From: an uncultured Gammaproteobacteria bacterium
Lineage (GTDB): Bacteria; Pseudomonadota; Gammaproteobacteria; JABCZS01
DNA: 64,000 nt
Direction: 5' to 3'
Assembly (NCBI GenBank): GCA_963848305.1
Contig: CAWKDC010000001.1
Coordinates: 1,512,622-1,576,621, forward strand
Part shown: positions 9,764-19,660 of the stretch, piece after piece
How positions within the stretch are numbered: the stretch's first letter is position 1
Layout: the number at the start of each line of letters is the position of its first letter
Program-made: the position numbers and the translations under genes
Notes under the pieces: generated by a model
The model's database searches: none
Told to the model about the DNA's origin: nothing
What the model saw: the letters and a program-made list of their open reading frames with translations, nothing else

Positions 9764-11284
9764 TTATGTCAACGACGGTTTTCCTAAATGCACTTCTTTT
9801 GCTTCATCTGCTGATCCGAATCGAGTCCATCCCCACCACGTTGTCCATGTTGTCTTAACAGCCTCTTGTTTACCTGTAGGCTTATTGGGTTGTTCTCCAC
9901 CATGTTCCATCTCAATATACTTCTCACCATTCTCCCACTTGACCGCCCTCGGCTTCGCTGCAAACAAGTAAAACCCTAATGATGAAGACAAACCTGTTAT
10001 TTCTGCCAATATGCTTTTAAACTGTTCTGTTTCACTGAAAGATTCACCCTCATGCTTTTCCAAACCTTCGCGATAAAAATGTTTATTCTGAGCGCCATTG
10101 TTGTAAGCATTGATAAAGCCCCAAATGTTCATATGATTGAAAATAGCGCGAGCGAATATGTGGGGTAAGAAGAAATAAGAATTTTTAATGTTATGCTGAA
10201 TACGTGCGTATTTCACCGCTTCTTTCCAGCAGTAGACTTCCGCTACCAACAACGTCCAGGGTATGAAGAAAATGGTGGCAAATCCAGTGGCCCAGAAATT
10301 TCCGATTGTGCTTGCAGTGTTCTTTTGTAAGCTTTGATGCTGTTTCACACCGATATCTTTGCATGCACTGAGGAAACTTGACGCCCCAATCGCTAATTTT
10401 TGAGAAATAGTCATATTATAAATACCACGACCAATCACAAAGATATAGCCCAAGGGTTCGATAAGATAGCCGATCCAATCAACTGGCATTTTTTCTTTCG
10501 TTGCATGGCTAAAAAAGTCTTGCAAAATTTCAACCAAATTCTCCCCTGCGTATTGCGTGGCTGCATAAATCGCATAAGTGAAAATGACGTTGAAACCAAT
10601 AAACAATAAGCCGCGGGTGAGGGCTCCTAGTACAAGTCCGATGCTCATGCTGGGAAGCTTCGTGTCCTTTGTGACATCTTGTCCATACCAAAGCGCCTGC
10701 ATCCCTTCCCAAATAGTTAGCTTGAAGCCATTTTTTGTAAAATTCGCAAACCATTCTCGGGGTGCCTGTGTGAACAGGCCGATCATCGATATGGCAGTTG
10801 CGCCACCAAAGATCAGAATAGGTAGGAAAAATTTATACCAATATGATTTGTCAATGCCCTTATCGGACGTGGTCTCATCCCCCTCAATCAGCTCCAGGAG
10901 TGGACTTAATTGTGCGGCGCTATTAATGATGGCGGCGGCGGCGAATAAAATAAAGAAAGCCGTATATGCCTTGGCATACTTCCCAGAAGGCTTTTCTGAA
11001 TTTTTAGCATTCTTGTTCAGTGCGTTTGGGACATTGTCCCAGAAACCATATAAATTGACGCCCATCGTGATCAGCATGCCGCAAATGGCTAATTCAGTGG
11101 TTGCCAGGAATGGCACGCTGGTTTGGGCAAGTAAGCCGACATATGTTGCAACCCCGCAAACAGCCGCATAAATCAGGGCGGCTACTCGTCCTTTTTTTTC
11201 TGCTGTGGTAAATTTGTTCCAATCATACCAAAGCCGATCGGCCTTATTTTGGGCGGCATTGATGTCTTCGATTTCTTCTCGCAC
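9764..11284 (-). CDS. Hypothetical multi-pass membrane protein (true start possibly ATG 11417 via a frameshift)
   Basis: 506-aa ORF with many hydrophobic segments. The frame stays open upstream of GTG 11284, and an ATG-initiated frame (MSENLLKIQAARK) starts at 11417. Confidence 0.75.
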   Translation of the reverse strand: MREEIEDINAAQNKADRLWYDWNKFTTAEKKGRVAALIYAAVCGVATYVGLLAQTSVPFLATTELAICGMLITMGVNLYGFWDNVPNALNKNAKNSEKPSGKYAKAYTAFFILFAAAAIINSAAQLSPLLELIEGDETTSDKGIDKSYWYKFFLPILIFGGATAISMIGLFTQAPREWFANFTKNGFKLTIWEGMQALWYGQDVTKDTKLPSMSIGLVLGALTRGLLFIGFNVIFTYAIYAATQYAGENLVEILQDFFSHATKEKMPVDWIGYLIEPLGYIFVIGRGIYNMTISQKLAIGASSFLSACKDIGVKQHQSLQKNTASTIGNFWATGFATIFFIPWTLLVAEVYCWKEAVKYARIQHNIKNSYFFLPHIFARAIFNHMNIWGFINAYNNGAQNKHFYREGLEKHEGESFSETEQFKSILAEITGLSSSLGFYLFAAKPRAVKWENGEKYIEMEHGGEQPNKPTGKQEAVKTTWTTWWGWTRFGSADEAKEVHLGKPSLT

Positions 11285-11529
11285 GGCAGAGTCATCTGAG
11301 CTTTGATTTTGTTGTATTAGACGGTTGAGTTGCCTCTCTGGCTGACTTAATAGCCTGTATATCTGCTGCTTCGAGTGCTTTGCGAGCTGCTTGAATTTTC
11401 AGTAGATTTTCAGACATATCCCAATTCCCCTTATACAGATAACCCAGGATAACATGACGGAAAAAGAAAGGGAAGCTTTATTTTAGTCTTAGAGCTAACT
11501 ATGTGATTGTTAGGGGAAATATTTGAGGA

Positions 11530-11694
11530 TCAGGCCGCAGGCCTTTAAGTACCCAGCCCAGGGTCTAGGTGCGCAAAGCGCACCGTAACCTTGGGTTTGA
11601 ATAGGGTAGAGTATAGAAGATTAATATGTCCCAGGGTTGGGGTGCGCTACGCGCCCCTCACCCTGGGCTATAAGCTTTCAGGCCTTCGGCCTGA
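11530..11694. repeat. Composite palindromic element (REPIN/MITE-like)
   Basis: TCAGGCC..AGGCCT and AGCCCAGGG..CCTTGGG at the left are mirrored by CCCAGGG..CCCTGGGCT and AGGCCTTCGGCCTGA at the right. Confidence 0.7.
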
Positions 11695-11717
11695 GAGCTT
11701 ATTGAGATCATGACAAC

Positions 11718-12566
11718 TTATTTATCAATATACTGATGTTTCACATGCTTCTTTTCAGGCTTTTTGTAAAAGTCTGGAATCATGAAGCGGAAGCCTAAAT
11801 AAACTTCTTGCGCTGTCAGCTCGGAATCATACGCGGATAAAGAAGATACCCCACCTACCATAACAATGGTTGGGGCTACCGCATTATCAATTCTATAGCT
11901 TACGTCACCCAAGTCTGAATAACGGTAACTGAGATCAATGGCCAACCATTCTAATGGATTGACCGTCACACCGGCCGTGCCCATCCAGCTGAAGGCGTAA
12001 TCATGATCCTTCCCATCGGCTGACCCGATGAAATCACTATCTATGCCATAAATTGACAGAGATGAATCGCTATAATTAAGCGCTGCACCCAGGCCCGCAC
12101 CCACGAACAAGGCAAACATCTTCGTCACGGGAATATCAAGGTAAAAGTTCGCCAAGATAGTTTGGCTATCTACAGTTGAGCTAAACGTTTCATAGTCTTT
12201 TCTTTCAGCGTTCTGTGTGCCCAACAGAAAACCGCCACCACCGGTACGCGAAGGATGAAATTCAGAGTTGATGGTATAGTGGTTGCGGTACAGGTATTCT
12301 GTTTCCATGCGCAAAGGAACAGGTAAGCTGTCATATTTGTAACCCACTGCGCCACCCCAACCCACGGCGTTTGTATTGGATGAACCCTTGGACGCTTTGA
12401 GGTCTGCCTTAAGGGCGCTGCTACTTGAAAAGGGGAAGTTGATATCGAAATCAGATATTTCGCCACCGGACCAACCCACTTTGGGCGCTACATAGATGCC
12501 GCTAACCGCCAATGCTTGGCTCGCGAAAAGGGCTAATATGGCGGAAGAGATTAAGGTTTTTTTCAT
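11718..12566 (-). CDS. Outer-membrane beta-barrel protein (Opa/OmpA-transmembrane-like), copy 1
   Basis: Signal peptide MKKTLISSAILALFASQALA; GGAVGY, LRMETEY, LANFYLD, FVGAGLG, DLSYRYSDLG strands. Confidence 0.88.
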   Translation of the reverse strand: MKKTLISSAILALFASQALAVSGIYVAPKVGWSGGEISDFDINFPFSSSSALKADLKASKGSSNTNAVGWGGAVGYKYDSLPVPLRMETEYLYRNHYTINSEFHPSRTGGGGFLLGTQNAERKDYETFSSTVDSQTILANFYLDIPVTKMFALFVGAGLGAALNYSDSSLSIYGIDSDFIGSADGKDHDYAFSWMGTAGVTVNPLEWLAIDLSYRYSDLGDVSYRIDNAVAPTIVMVGGVSSLSAYDSELTAQEVYLGFRFMIPDFYKKPEKKHVKHQYIDK

Positions 12567-12714
12567 AGAATGATATCCTTTCAAAGTTGAACGAGAATAC
12601 CAAAAGTATAGAGGGCGAAATCGAATATGCAACCTTGCTGGAACAGAATAAAGCGGGAATGATTGCTGATGGTCGTTAAGTTGTGTAGCAGTTTTTTCAG
12701 GATTGATCTGCTTC

Positions 12715-12769
12715 GCATATCAGGCACCCCGCTTTCGCGGGGGACAAACTTCACATGCTGCGCCCCGAC
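12715..12769. repeat. Hybrid REP with CCCCGCTTTCGCGGGG core
   Basis: AGGCACCCCGCTTTCGCGGGGGACAAACT followed by ATGCTGCGCCCCGAC; same module at 28447-28473. Confidence 0.65.
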
Positions 12770-12778
12770 AATGCATTC

Positions 12779-13627
12779 TTATTTATCAATATACTGATGC
12801 TTCACATGCTTCTTCTCAGGCTTTTTGTAAAAGTCTGGAATCATGAAGCGGAAGCCTAAATAAACTTCTTGCGCTGTCAGCTCGGAATCATACGCGGATA
12901 AAGAAGATTCCCCACCTAAAATAACAATTGATGGGGCTACCGCATTATCAATTCTATAGCTTACGTCACCCAAGTCTGAATAACGGTAACTGAGATCAAT
13001 CGCCAACCATTCTAATGGATTGACCGTCACACCGGCCGTGCCCATCCAGCTGAAGGCGTAATCATGATCCTTCCCATCGGCTGACCCGATGAAATCACTA
13101 TCTATGCCATAAATTGACAGAGATGAATCGCTATAATTAAGCGCTGCACCCAGGCCCGCACCCACGAACAAGGCAAACATCTTCGTCACGGGAATATCGA
13201 GGTAAAAGTTCGCCAAGATAGTTTGACTATCTACAGTTGAACTAAACGCTTCATAATCACCGTTCTCGAAGTTCTGTGTGCCCAACAGAAAACCGCCACC
13301 ACCGGTACGCGAAGGATGAAATTCAGAGTTGATGGTATAGTGGTTGCGGTACAGGTATTCTGTTTCCATGCGCAAAGGAACAGGTAAGCTGTCATATTTG
13401 TAACCCACTGCGCCACCCCAACCCACGGCGTTTGTATTGGATGAACCCTTGGACGCTTTGAGGTCTGCCTCAAGGGCGCTGCCACTTGAAAAGGGGAAGT
13501 TGATATCGAAATCAGATATTTCGCCACCGGACCAACCCACTTTGGGCGCTACATAGATGCCGCTAACCGCCAATGCTTGGCTCGCGAAAAGGGCTAATAT
13601 GGCGGAAGAGATTAAGGTTTTTTTCAT
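12779..13627 (-). CDS. Outer-membrane beta-barrel protein, copy 2
   Basis: Paralog of 11718-12566 with 10 amino-acid differences by hand alignment. Confidence 0.88.
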   Translation of the reverse strand: MKKTLISSAILALFASQALAVSGIYVAPKVGWSGGEISDFDINFPFSSGSALEADLKASKGSSNTNAVGWGGAVGYKYDSLPVPLRMETEYLYRNHYTINSEFHPSRTGGGGFLLGTQNFENGDYEAFSSTVDSQTILANFYLDIPVTKMFALFVGAGLGAALNYSDSSLSIYGIDSDFIGSADGKDHDYAFSWMGTAGVTVNPLEWLAIDLSYRYSDLGDVSYRIDNAVAPSIVILGGESSLSAYDSELTAQEVYLGFRFMIPDFYKKPEKKHVKHQYIDK

Positions 13628-13752
13628 AGAATGATATCCTTTCAAAGTTGAACGAGAATACCAAAAGTATAGAGGGCGAAATCGAATATGCAACCTTGCT
13701 GGAACACAATAAAGCAGGTATGATTACCGCTTATTCTCGGAGACTATAGCTC

Positions 13753-15318
13753 ATGACACTCAACAGACGCTTCTCGCCCCTCACGTTGCTATTCATCAGT
13801 ATCAATGGCATGGTGGGGTCCGCCTGGTTATTTGCGCCTTTCTATGCCGCGAAAATGGCGGGTTCGGGAGCGATCATTGCTTGGTTGATTGCCGGCGGCG
13901 CAACTGCGTTGATTGCACTGACGTTTGCTGAGTTATCCGTGATGTTTCCCGTGGCCGGTGGGACTGTTCAAATACCACAGCTGAGTCATGGAACTTCCAC
14001 CAGTTTTATGTTCAGCTGGATTGCATGGCTATCCGCCGTCACCATGGCCCCGATTGAAGTGCAAGCAGTTCTTCAGTATGCGTCGACATATTTCACGTCG
14101 TTGACGGAGCCAGTCAATGGGTTGCACGCACTGACGCCAATTGGCTTGATATGGGCAACGATACTGATGTTATTTTTATGTGTATTCAATATAGTGAGTT
14201 TTAAAGGGCTCGTCCGTTTCAATTTTGTGTTATTTTTCTTCAAAGTCGCCGTGATTATGCTGGTGATTGCATGGTTGATGGAAGAAAGCTTCCATACGGC
14301 TAATTTTGCAATGGGCGGCGCCCATGATGGCGGCTGGCAAGCAATTTTATCGGCTGTGGCAGCGAGTGGCGTAGCATTTGCATTCACGGGCTTCAAGCAT
14401 GGTGTTGAGTTGGCCGGTGAAGCCAAATCCAGAAAAGCCATTTTCATTGCGATTGTTGGTTCGGTCGTTTGTTGCTTGCTGCTCTATCTGGGCTTACAAG
14501 TGGCATTTATTGGCGCGCTGGATCCTGCCACGATTGCCAATGGCTGGGGCAAGTTGTCATTCGTCGGCGATGTTGGGCCATTTGCAGGGTTGGCCGCAGG
14601 TTTGGGCTTGCTGCTATTGCTGAAATTATTGTACATCGATGCAGTCGTGTCACCCTTGGGCGCGGGTTTGATCTACGTGACATCAACAGCACGTATCTTT
14701 TATGCGATGAGTCACATTGGTTTCTTCCCCAAAATATTCATGTCGTTGAATAAACAATCGTTCCCTTATGCAGCCATTCTGCTCAATTTCGCAGTGGGGA
14801 TGTTTTTGTTTTTGCCGCTGCCCAATTGGCAATCCATGGTAAGTTTTTTGGTGTCAGGTATGGTGATTTCTTATGCGGCAGGTCCGATTGCGTTGCTGTG
14901 CTTGCGTCTGAATTTGCCTGATGAAAAACGGGCGTTCCGTTTGCCTGCGGCGAATCTATTATGTTTGATTGCTTTTTATTGCTGTAACTTGATGAGTTAC
15001 TGGACAGGTTGGGAGACCATGTATAAATTGGCCATCGCAATTACCATTGGCCTTATCTTTTTTGCGTGGGCGTATTGGCGTGGTCGCTTGGATCGCTCGC
15101 TGATTGCATTGCGCTCAGCTGCTTGGATGGTGCCGTATTTGGGCGGCTTGGTGTTGATTTCTTATTTAGGCCCGTTTGGTGGTAAAAATATCATTCCCTT
15201 TGGTTGGGATTTCTTGGTCATGGGTGTATTCAGCGCAGTGATATTGTACATAGCCGTTCGTAGCCGTTCGACGGATATTGCGCGGAATTTTGCGACGATG
15301 GAGAATATTACTTTGTAA
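13753..15318 (+). CDS. APC-family amino acid permease
   Basis: GMVGSAWLF, FAELSVMFPVAGG, FAFTGF..GVELAGEAK; many TM helices. Confidence 0.92.
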   Translation: MTLNRRFSPLTLLFISINGMVGSAWLFAPFYAAKMAGSGAIIAWLIAGGATALIALTFAELSVMFPVAGGTVQIPQLSHGTSTSFMFSWIAWLSAVTMAPIEVQAVLQYASTYFTSLTEPVNGLHALTPIGLIWATILMLFLCVFNIVSFKGLVRFNFVLFFFKVAVIMLVIAWLMEESFHTANFAMGGAHDGGWQAILSAVAASGVAFAFTGFKHGVELAGEAKSRKAIFIAIVGSVVCCLLLYLGLQVAFIGALDPATIANGWGKLSFVGDVGPFAGLAAGLGLLLLLKLLYIDAVVSPLGAGLIYVTSTARIFYAMSHIGFFPKIFMSLNKQSFPYAAILLNFAVGMFLFLPLPNWQSMVSFLVSGMVISYAAGPIALLCLRLNLPDEKRAFRLPAANLLCLIAFYCCNLMSYWTGWETMYKLAIAITIGLIFFAWAYWRGRLDRSLIALRSAAWMVPYLGGLVLISYLGPFGGKNIIPFGWDFLVMGVFSAVILYIAVRSRSTDIARNFATMENITL

Positions 15319-15357
15319 GGGGTCGCATGCGGGCTCCTTGGCATGCTGCGCGCCTAC
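15315..15357. repeat. Degenerate GTAG/GTAA REP pair carrying both convergent stop codons
   Basis: GTAAGGGGTCGCATGC...GCATGCTGCGCGCCTAC; contains the permease TAA and the EIIA TAG. Confidence 0.6.
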
Positions 15358-15731
15358 AAACAGATGATCCCGTCATGCCCTCCGCTCACCGCCTTCTGTG
15401 ACAGCACCTCGAGTGACAATGTCGGATTGTTGCATACGCGAAACAACATCGGCAATGATAATCCCGAAATCACAATGCGTGTATCACTGCTCAAACGCTT
15501 CGCAATGTTATCAGGTGTTGCGCCGCAAATATCCGTGAAAATGATCAATCCGTCGCCTTCGTCTAACGCCTGCGCGCGCGATTCGCAGTAACGCAAGCAT
15601 TCATTTGGATCGGTATCGCCAAACACGGGAACGGCTTCTGCGGGCATGGGCAGGTTGCCAAATGTTTGGGCAACGGTGTCGAGCAATATTTGTCCCATGT
15701 AATCATGGGTGATTAATAAGAGTGCGACGAT
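15354..15731 (-). CDS. PTS EIIA (mannose/fructose-type) component
   Basis: IFTDICGATPDNIA and SGLSLPML motifs. The conserved N-terminal LLLITH lies upstream of ATG 15698, so the start is probably near 15731 (ATC as sequenced). Confidence 0.8.
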   Translation of the reverse strand: MVALLLITHDYMGQILLDTVAQTFGNLPMPAEAVPVFGDTDPNECLRYCESRAQALDEGDGLIIFTDICGATPDNIAKRLSSDTRIVISGLSLPMLFRVCNNPTLSLEVLSQKAVSGGHDGIICL

Positions 15732-16576
15732 GATTTCACCTCGCGATGACGGGCTTGAACGTTCGGATATTGTTGTTTGAAGTGAGCGACTAACCGTTCC
15801 ACCAGATACACTGAGCGGTGTTGACCACCCGTGCAGCCAATAGCCACGGTTAAATAACTGCGGCGATCCGCTTCAAACGCAGGAATAAATGTTTCTAAAA
15901 AATGGGTGATGGCTTGTTCCATCTCAGCGACACTGTGGTGAGATGCTAAAAAATCAATGACGGGTTTATCCAGTCCCGTGAGGGGCCGCAAAGCCGTTTC
16001 CCAGTAAGGATTGGGCAGACAACGGATATCAAACACATAATCTGCATCGCGTGGAATGCCATATTTATATCCAAACGATTGAAACAGTAGCGAGAGTGAA
16101 TGGGCATCTCTGGGTAAAATGCGTTCACGCAAAATATTCATCAAATCATGTGCGTGAAGTGAGTGCGTGTCTATCATTAAATCGGCGCGGTTCACAATCG
16201 GTTCAAGCAATGTACGTTCTTTCGCAATCGCCTCTTGCAGCGAGACCGTTTTGTCGCTGAGGGGATGCTTGCGGCGCGTTTCACTGTAGCGCTTCAACAA
16301 CGTGGAATCGTTGGCGTCTAAATAAATCACATCCACACTGTGGCCGCTGTGATCAATCGTATCGAGCAGTAACGCGGTGTCGGCAGGATTTTCAGGTAAA
16401 TTGCGGCTGTCTAAGCTGACAGCAATGGCAGGGTGCGTTGTTGACAATGTGTCTAATAATTGCGGCAATAATTTGAATGGCAAATTGTCGACGACATAAT
16501 AACCCAGATCTTCAAGGTGTCGTAATAAAATACTTTTACCTGAGCCTGAACGGCCGCTGACAATGATCAGTTTCAT
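15713..16576 (-). CDS. rapZ: RNase adapter RapZ
   Basis: SGRSGSGKS, DNLP, FGYKYGIP, DIRCLPNPYW, IGCTGGQHRSV. Confidence 0.96.
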   Translation of the reverse strand: MKLIIVSGRSGSGKSILLRHLEDLGYYVVDNLPFKLLPQLLDTLSTTHPAIAVSLDSRNLPENPADTALLLDTIDHSGHSVDVIYLDANDSTLLKRYSETRRKHPLSDKTVSLQEAIAKERTLLEPIVNRADLMIDTHSLHAHDLMNILRERILPRDAHSLSLLFQSFGYKYGIPRDADYVFDIRCLPNPYWETALRPLTGLDKPVIDFLASHHSVAEMEQAITHFLETFIPAFEADRRSYLTVAIGCTGGQHRSVYLVERLVAHFKQQYPNVQARHREVKSSSHSY

Positions 16577-17508
16577 GGGTTATTCATCTCATTCCGTTGA
16601 CGATCGGCAAAAATCTCACTGGCCTGGTAACCGCTTTTGCGCAACACTTGGTTATGTACGGAGGCTTCCACTAACACAGATAAACTGCGACCGGGGCCAG
16701 CGGGGACAGTGACTTCAGGCACATCCACGCCCAAAATTTCTCGTGTGCGATGCATGCCTTCCAGTCTATCAATTTTTGCAACGACAGGATCGGCAATATT
16801 CACAATATGCACAATCAAATTTAATTTTTTACAATCCTTCACGGCGGTATTACCAAACATCGCACGCACATTGATAATGCCCAAACCGCGCACTTCTAAA
16901 AAATCTTTGAGTAAATCGGGGGAGCGGCCAGTGAGCGAATCGGGTGCATCGCGTGAAAAAATGGGCGAATCATCCGCAATCAAACGGTGGCCGCGATTGA
17001 TCAATTCCAAGGCCAATTCGCTTTTGCCCACGCCGCTGTCGCCAGTGAGCATCACGCCCAGATCAAACACTTCCATGAATACACCGTGAATATTGGTGCT
17101 CGGCGCCAAGACCATGGATAAATAATGCGATAAATGGTTTAATACCGCGGCGGAATTTAAATGAGTGTGCCAAATAGGCGTTTGTAACATTTGGGCATGT
17201 TGCAGCATTTCAGCGGTGGGCACTTGATCTTCGCAGATCAATAACAATAAAGGGTGCGTTGCAAATAATGCTTCCATCGCGCGTTGATAATCTGTTACGG
17301 ATAAATTTGCCAAATAATGGAATTCTTGCGTGCCAAATAAAACAATGTGCGAGGGATGGACAAAATTTAAAAACCCAACAGCGGTTTTGCCGCCGTCATG
17401 TAATTCTGATAATGCTTTTTCTGAAAATTCTTGGCCGTACTTCCATTCGAGGGAAAGGTTGGCTTTGTGTGTGCGATAGAGTTCGCTGAGGGTGATGCTA
17501 TGGTGCAT
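16573..17508 (-). CDS. hprK: HPr kinase/phosphorylase
   Basis: HGVFM, GDSGVGKSELALELINRGHRLIADD, LEVRGLGIINV. Confidence 0.96.
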   Translation of the reverse strand: MHHSITLSELYRTHKANLSLEWKYGQEFSEKALSELHDGGKTAVGFLNFVHPSHIVLFGTQEFHYLANLSVTDYQRAMEALFATHPLLLLICEDQVPTAEMLQHAQMLQTPIWHTHLNSAAVLNHLSHYLSMVLAPSTNIHGVFMEVFDLGVMLTGDSGVGKSELALELINRGHRLIADDSPIFSRDAPDSLTGRSPDLLKDFLEVRGLGIINVRAMFGNTAVKDCKKLNLIVHIVNIADPVVAKIDRLEGMHRTREILGVDVPEVTVPAGPGRSLSVLVEASVHNQVLRKSGYQASEIFADRQRNEMNNP

Positions 17509-17953
17509 GGGTGAGGATGTTCCAGATATCATCTGCACTCCGGGCTTGCCGAATGGCGTCGCGCGCTGAGGCTTGATTCAGCAACGTCGCCACTTCAGAC
17601 AATAAATGCAAATGGGTGGTATGTTCATTTTCAGGGACAAATAAACCAAAAATCAAATCGACAGGGGCATCGTCGTGGCTGTCATATGGAATGGGATCTT
17701 TGAGGCGGATAAACACAGCGACAGGTTTTTCAATTTGAGGCACGCGTGCATGAGGCAATGCGACCCCGTGACCCAGTGACGTGCTGCCCAATTTTTCACG
17801 TTCCAACAAGGCTTCAAAGAACTCGTTTTCCAGATCGGCGGGGGCGCACGCGTGAGCGACATATTCCAATAAACGTTTTTTAGCGGCAATGGGCGCATCA
17901 ACCTCAACGCGTGCGGGTGTCAATACATCTGTCAGTAACATGCGGTCCGTCAC
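17498..17953 (-). CDS. ptsN: PTS EIIA(Ntr)
   Basis: EREKLGSTSLGHGVALPHAR, PVDLIFGL; in the rpoN operon. Confidence 0.92.
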   Translation of the reverse strand: MTDRMLLTDVLTPARVEVDAPIAAKKRLLEYVAHACAPADLENEFFEALLEREKLGSTSLGHGVALPHARVPQIEKPVAVFIRLKDPIPYDSHDDAPVDLIFGLFVPENEHTTHLHLLSEVATLLNQASARDAIRQARSADDIWNILTHAP

Positions 17954-18267
17954 TCCTCGTTTTCTTCATGACCGCGTCCGTGGTCATGCAGTTTTTCTTT
18001 GAACTTGATTGCTTGACGTTCGAGTTTTTCATACAGGTCTTGAATCGTGACATACATGTCGCCTGAGGATGCGGATGCTCGGATCTGACCTCCGCGGTGG
18101 TTCAGCGTGGCTTCTGCTTTGTGTTGGGTTTTATCGACATGCATCACCACATGGACTTGGGTGATGGCTTGTAGATGGCGTTCCAGTTTTGCGAATTTTT
18201 CTTCAACAGCTTCACGTAGGCCATCCGTCACTTTCATATGTTGGCCGGTGATTTCAATGTTCATCAT
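17950..18267 (-). CDS. hpf: Ribosome hibernation promoting factor
   Basis: MNIEITGQHMKVTDGLRE...KFAKLERH, DMY..I..L..KLERQ. Confidence 0.92.
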   Translation of the reverse strand: MMNIEITGQHMKVTDGLREAVEEKFAKLERHLQAITQVHVVMHVDKTQHKAEATLNHRGGQIRASASSGDMYVTIQDLYEKLERQAIKFKEKLHDHGRGHEENEE

Positions 18268-18269
18268 AC

Positions 18270-19571
18270 TCACTCCTGACACTTGCGATACACGCAAGAA
18301 GGTATTTGCAATGCTTCCCGGTATTTCGTGACTGTTCGCCTTGCAATCTGCACACCCTGTGCATGGAGCATTTGGGTGAGTGCATCGTCCGTGAGGGGCG
18401 TTGCGCGGTTTTCAGTCGAAACCCATTCCTTAATCATAGCCTTAATTGTGGTAGAAGCCCAGTGTTTTTCACCAGACTGAATGCCGCCACTCAAAAAATA
18501 TTTTAGCTCGAAAATACCGCGAGGGGTATCTATATATTTTTGCGAGGTGATGCGAGAGAGGGTAGAAGGATGGTAGCCCAGTACATCCGCGAGGTTTTGC
18601 AGGGTCAGCGGTTTCAATTCTTGAGTGCCTTGGTGGAAAAAGTCTTTTTGTATCGATATGATAGCGCGCCCAACGTTTAATAACGTTTGATGGCGCATCT
18701 CAAGCTGTTGCAAGAATTGTTTGGCATGTTGTAAGGCTTCTGCGAGATCTGCGTGTTGCATCGCGGCATCGAGGTAGGGTTCATGTAGCTTCAGCGCATA
18801 ATGAGGGTATGGGATGAGGGTGACCTGGGGTTCCCCGGCATGTAGGTGCAATTTCAGATCAGGCCTGATGGTTTCCACTCGGTGTTCAGTCACTTGTCGG
18901 CCGGGCTTGGGATCCAAATGCTGGATCATGGTGAGTGCGGCTTGAATGCGCTCAAGGGGTTGGTGCGTCTTTCTGGCGAGAAAGGCGGGTTTGTATAGAT
19001 TTTCCAAATGAAACTGCACCAATTCGTGGGCAAGAGTAATGGTTTCATTCTGAGTGGGCAATGCTTGGAGTTGAATCAATAAGCATTCTTTCAGGTTGCG
19101 TGCACCGACGCCAATTGGTTCAAACGTTTGAATTTTATTCAAGGCTTGGAGAATCAATGCGTTGAGGTTTTTCGGGTGCTGAGATGGGTGAAAAAGGGCA
19201 TCGAGTGGTGTGGGCAAATAGCCGTTGTCATCAATGGCATCGATCAGAATGCGTGCAACCTCATCAGCTTTCGGAGATAAATGAGCCAGGTCGCATTGTG
19301 CGAGCAAATTATCCCGCAAGGAGACAGGGTTTTCCAGAGAGAACAGCGTGTCTGCCTCGAGATAAACCGCGGGCTCACGGATATTCGCGGTGAGGGGCGT
19401 GGGGGGCGCGTCTTCATTGTTTTCTTGGTTCAGTAATACGTTTTCATTGAGGGTTTCCTCAATCAAGGCTTGCAATTCCAGTTGCGACAGCGACATCAGG
19501 CGAATGGCATGCGACAGCTGCACATGCATCTGTGATTTCTGGATCGTCGTCTGCCGTTGCGCTGTCTTCAT
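18270..19571 (-). CDS. rpoN: RNA polymerase sigma-54 factor
   Basis: GVGARNLKECLLIQL, TPRGIFELKYF, RpoN box ARRTVTKYRE. Confidence 0.95.
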   Translation of the reverse strand: MKTAQRQTTIQKSQMHVQLSHAIRLMSLSQLELQALIEETLNENVLLNQENNEDAPPTPLTANIREPAVYLEADTLFSLENPVSLRDNLLAQCDLAHLSPKADEVARILIDAIDDNGYLPTPLDALFHPSQHPKNLNALILQALNKIQTFEPIGVGARNLKECLLIQLQALPTQNETITLAHELVQFHLENLYKPAFLARKTHQPLERIQAALTMIQHLDPKPGRQVTEHRVETIRPDLKLHLHAGEPQVTLIPYPHYALKLHEPYLDAAMQHADLAEALQHAKQFLQQLEMRHQTLLNVGRAIISIQKDFFHQGTQELKPLTLQNLADVLGYHPSTLSRITSQKYIDTPRGIFELKYFLSGGIQSGEKHWASTTIKAMIKEWVSTENRATPLTDDALTQMLHAQGVQIARRTVTKYREALQIPSCVYRKCQE

Positions 19572-19607
19572 ATGTTCAGTTTAGCTGATGCAGCGCCAAT
19601 GTGTCTG

Positions 19608-19658
19608 CTCCCTTCAAAAAGGGGGCAACATCATGCTACGCATGATGTTGGGGTTTTT
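19608..19658. repeat. Palindromic element / hairpin
   Basis: CTCCCTTCAAAAAGGGGG followed by a perfect 11-bp stem CAACATCATGC-TAC-GCATGATGTTG. Confidence 0.55.
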
Positions 19659-19660
19659 AA

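Larger units (their letters stand above)
11718..13716. repeat. Tandem direct duplication (1061-bp period) of the OMP gene plus upstream region
   Basis: 11718-~12655 and 12779-~13716 are nearly identical, including ~90 nt of upstream non-coding DNA. Confidence 0.95.
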
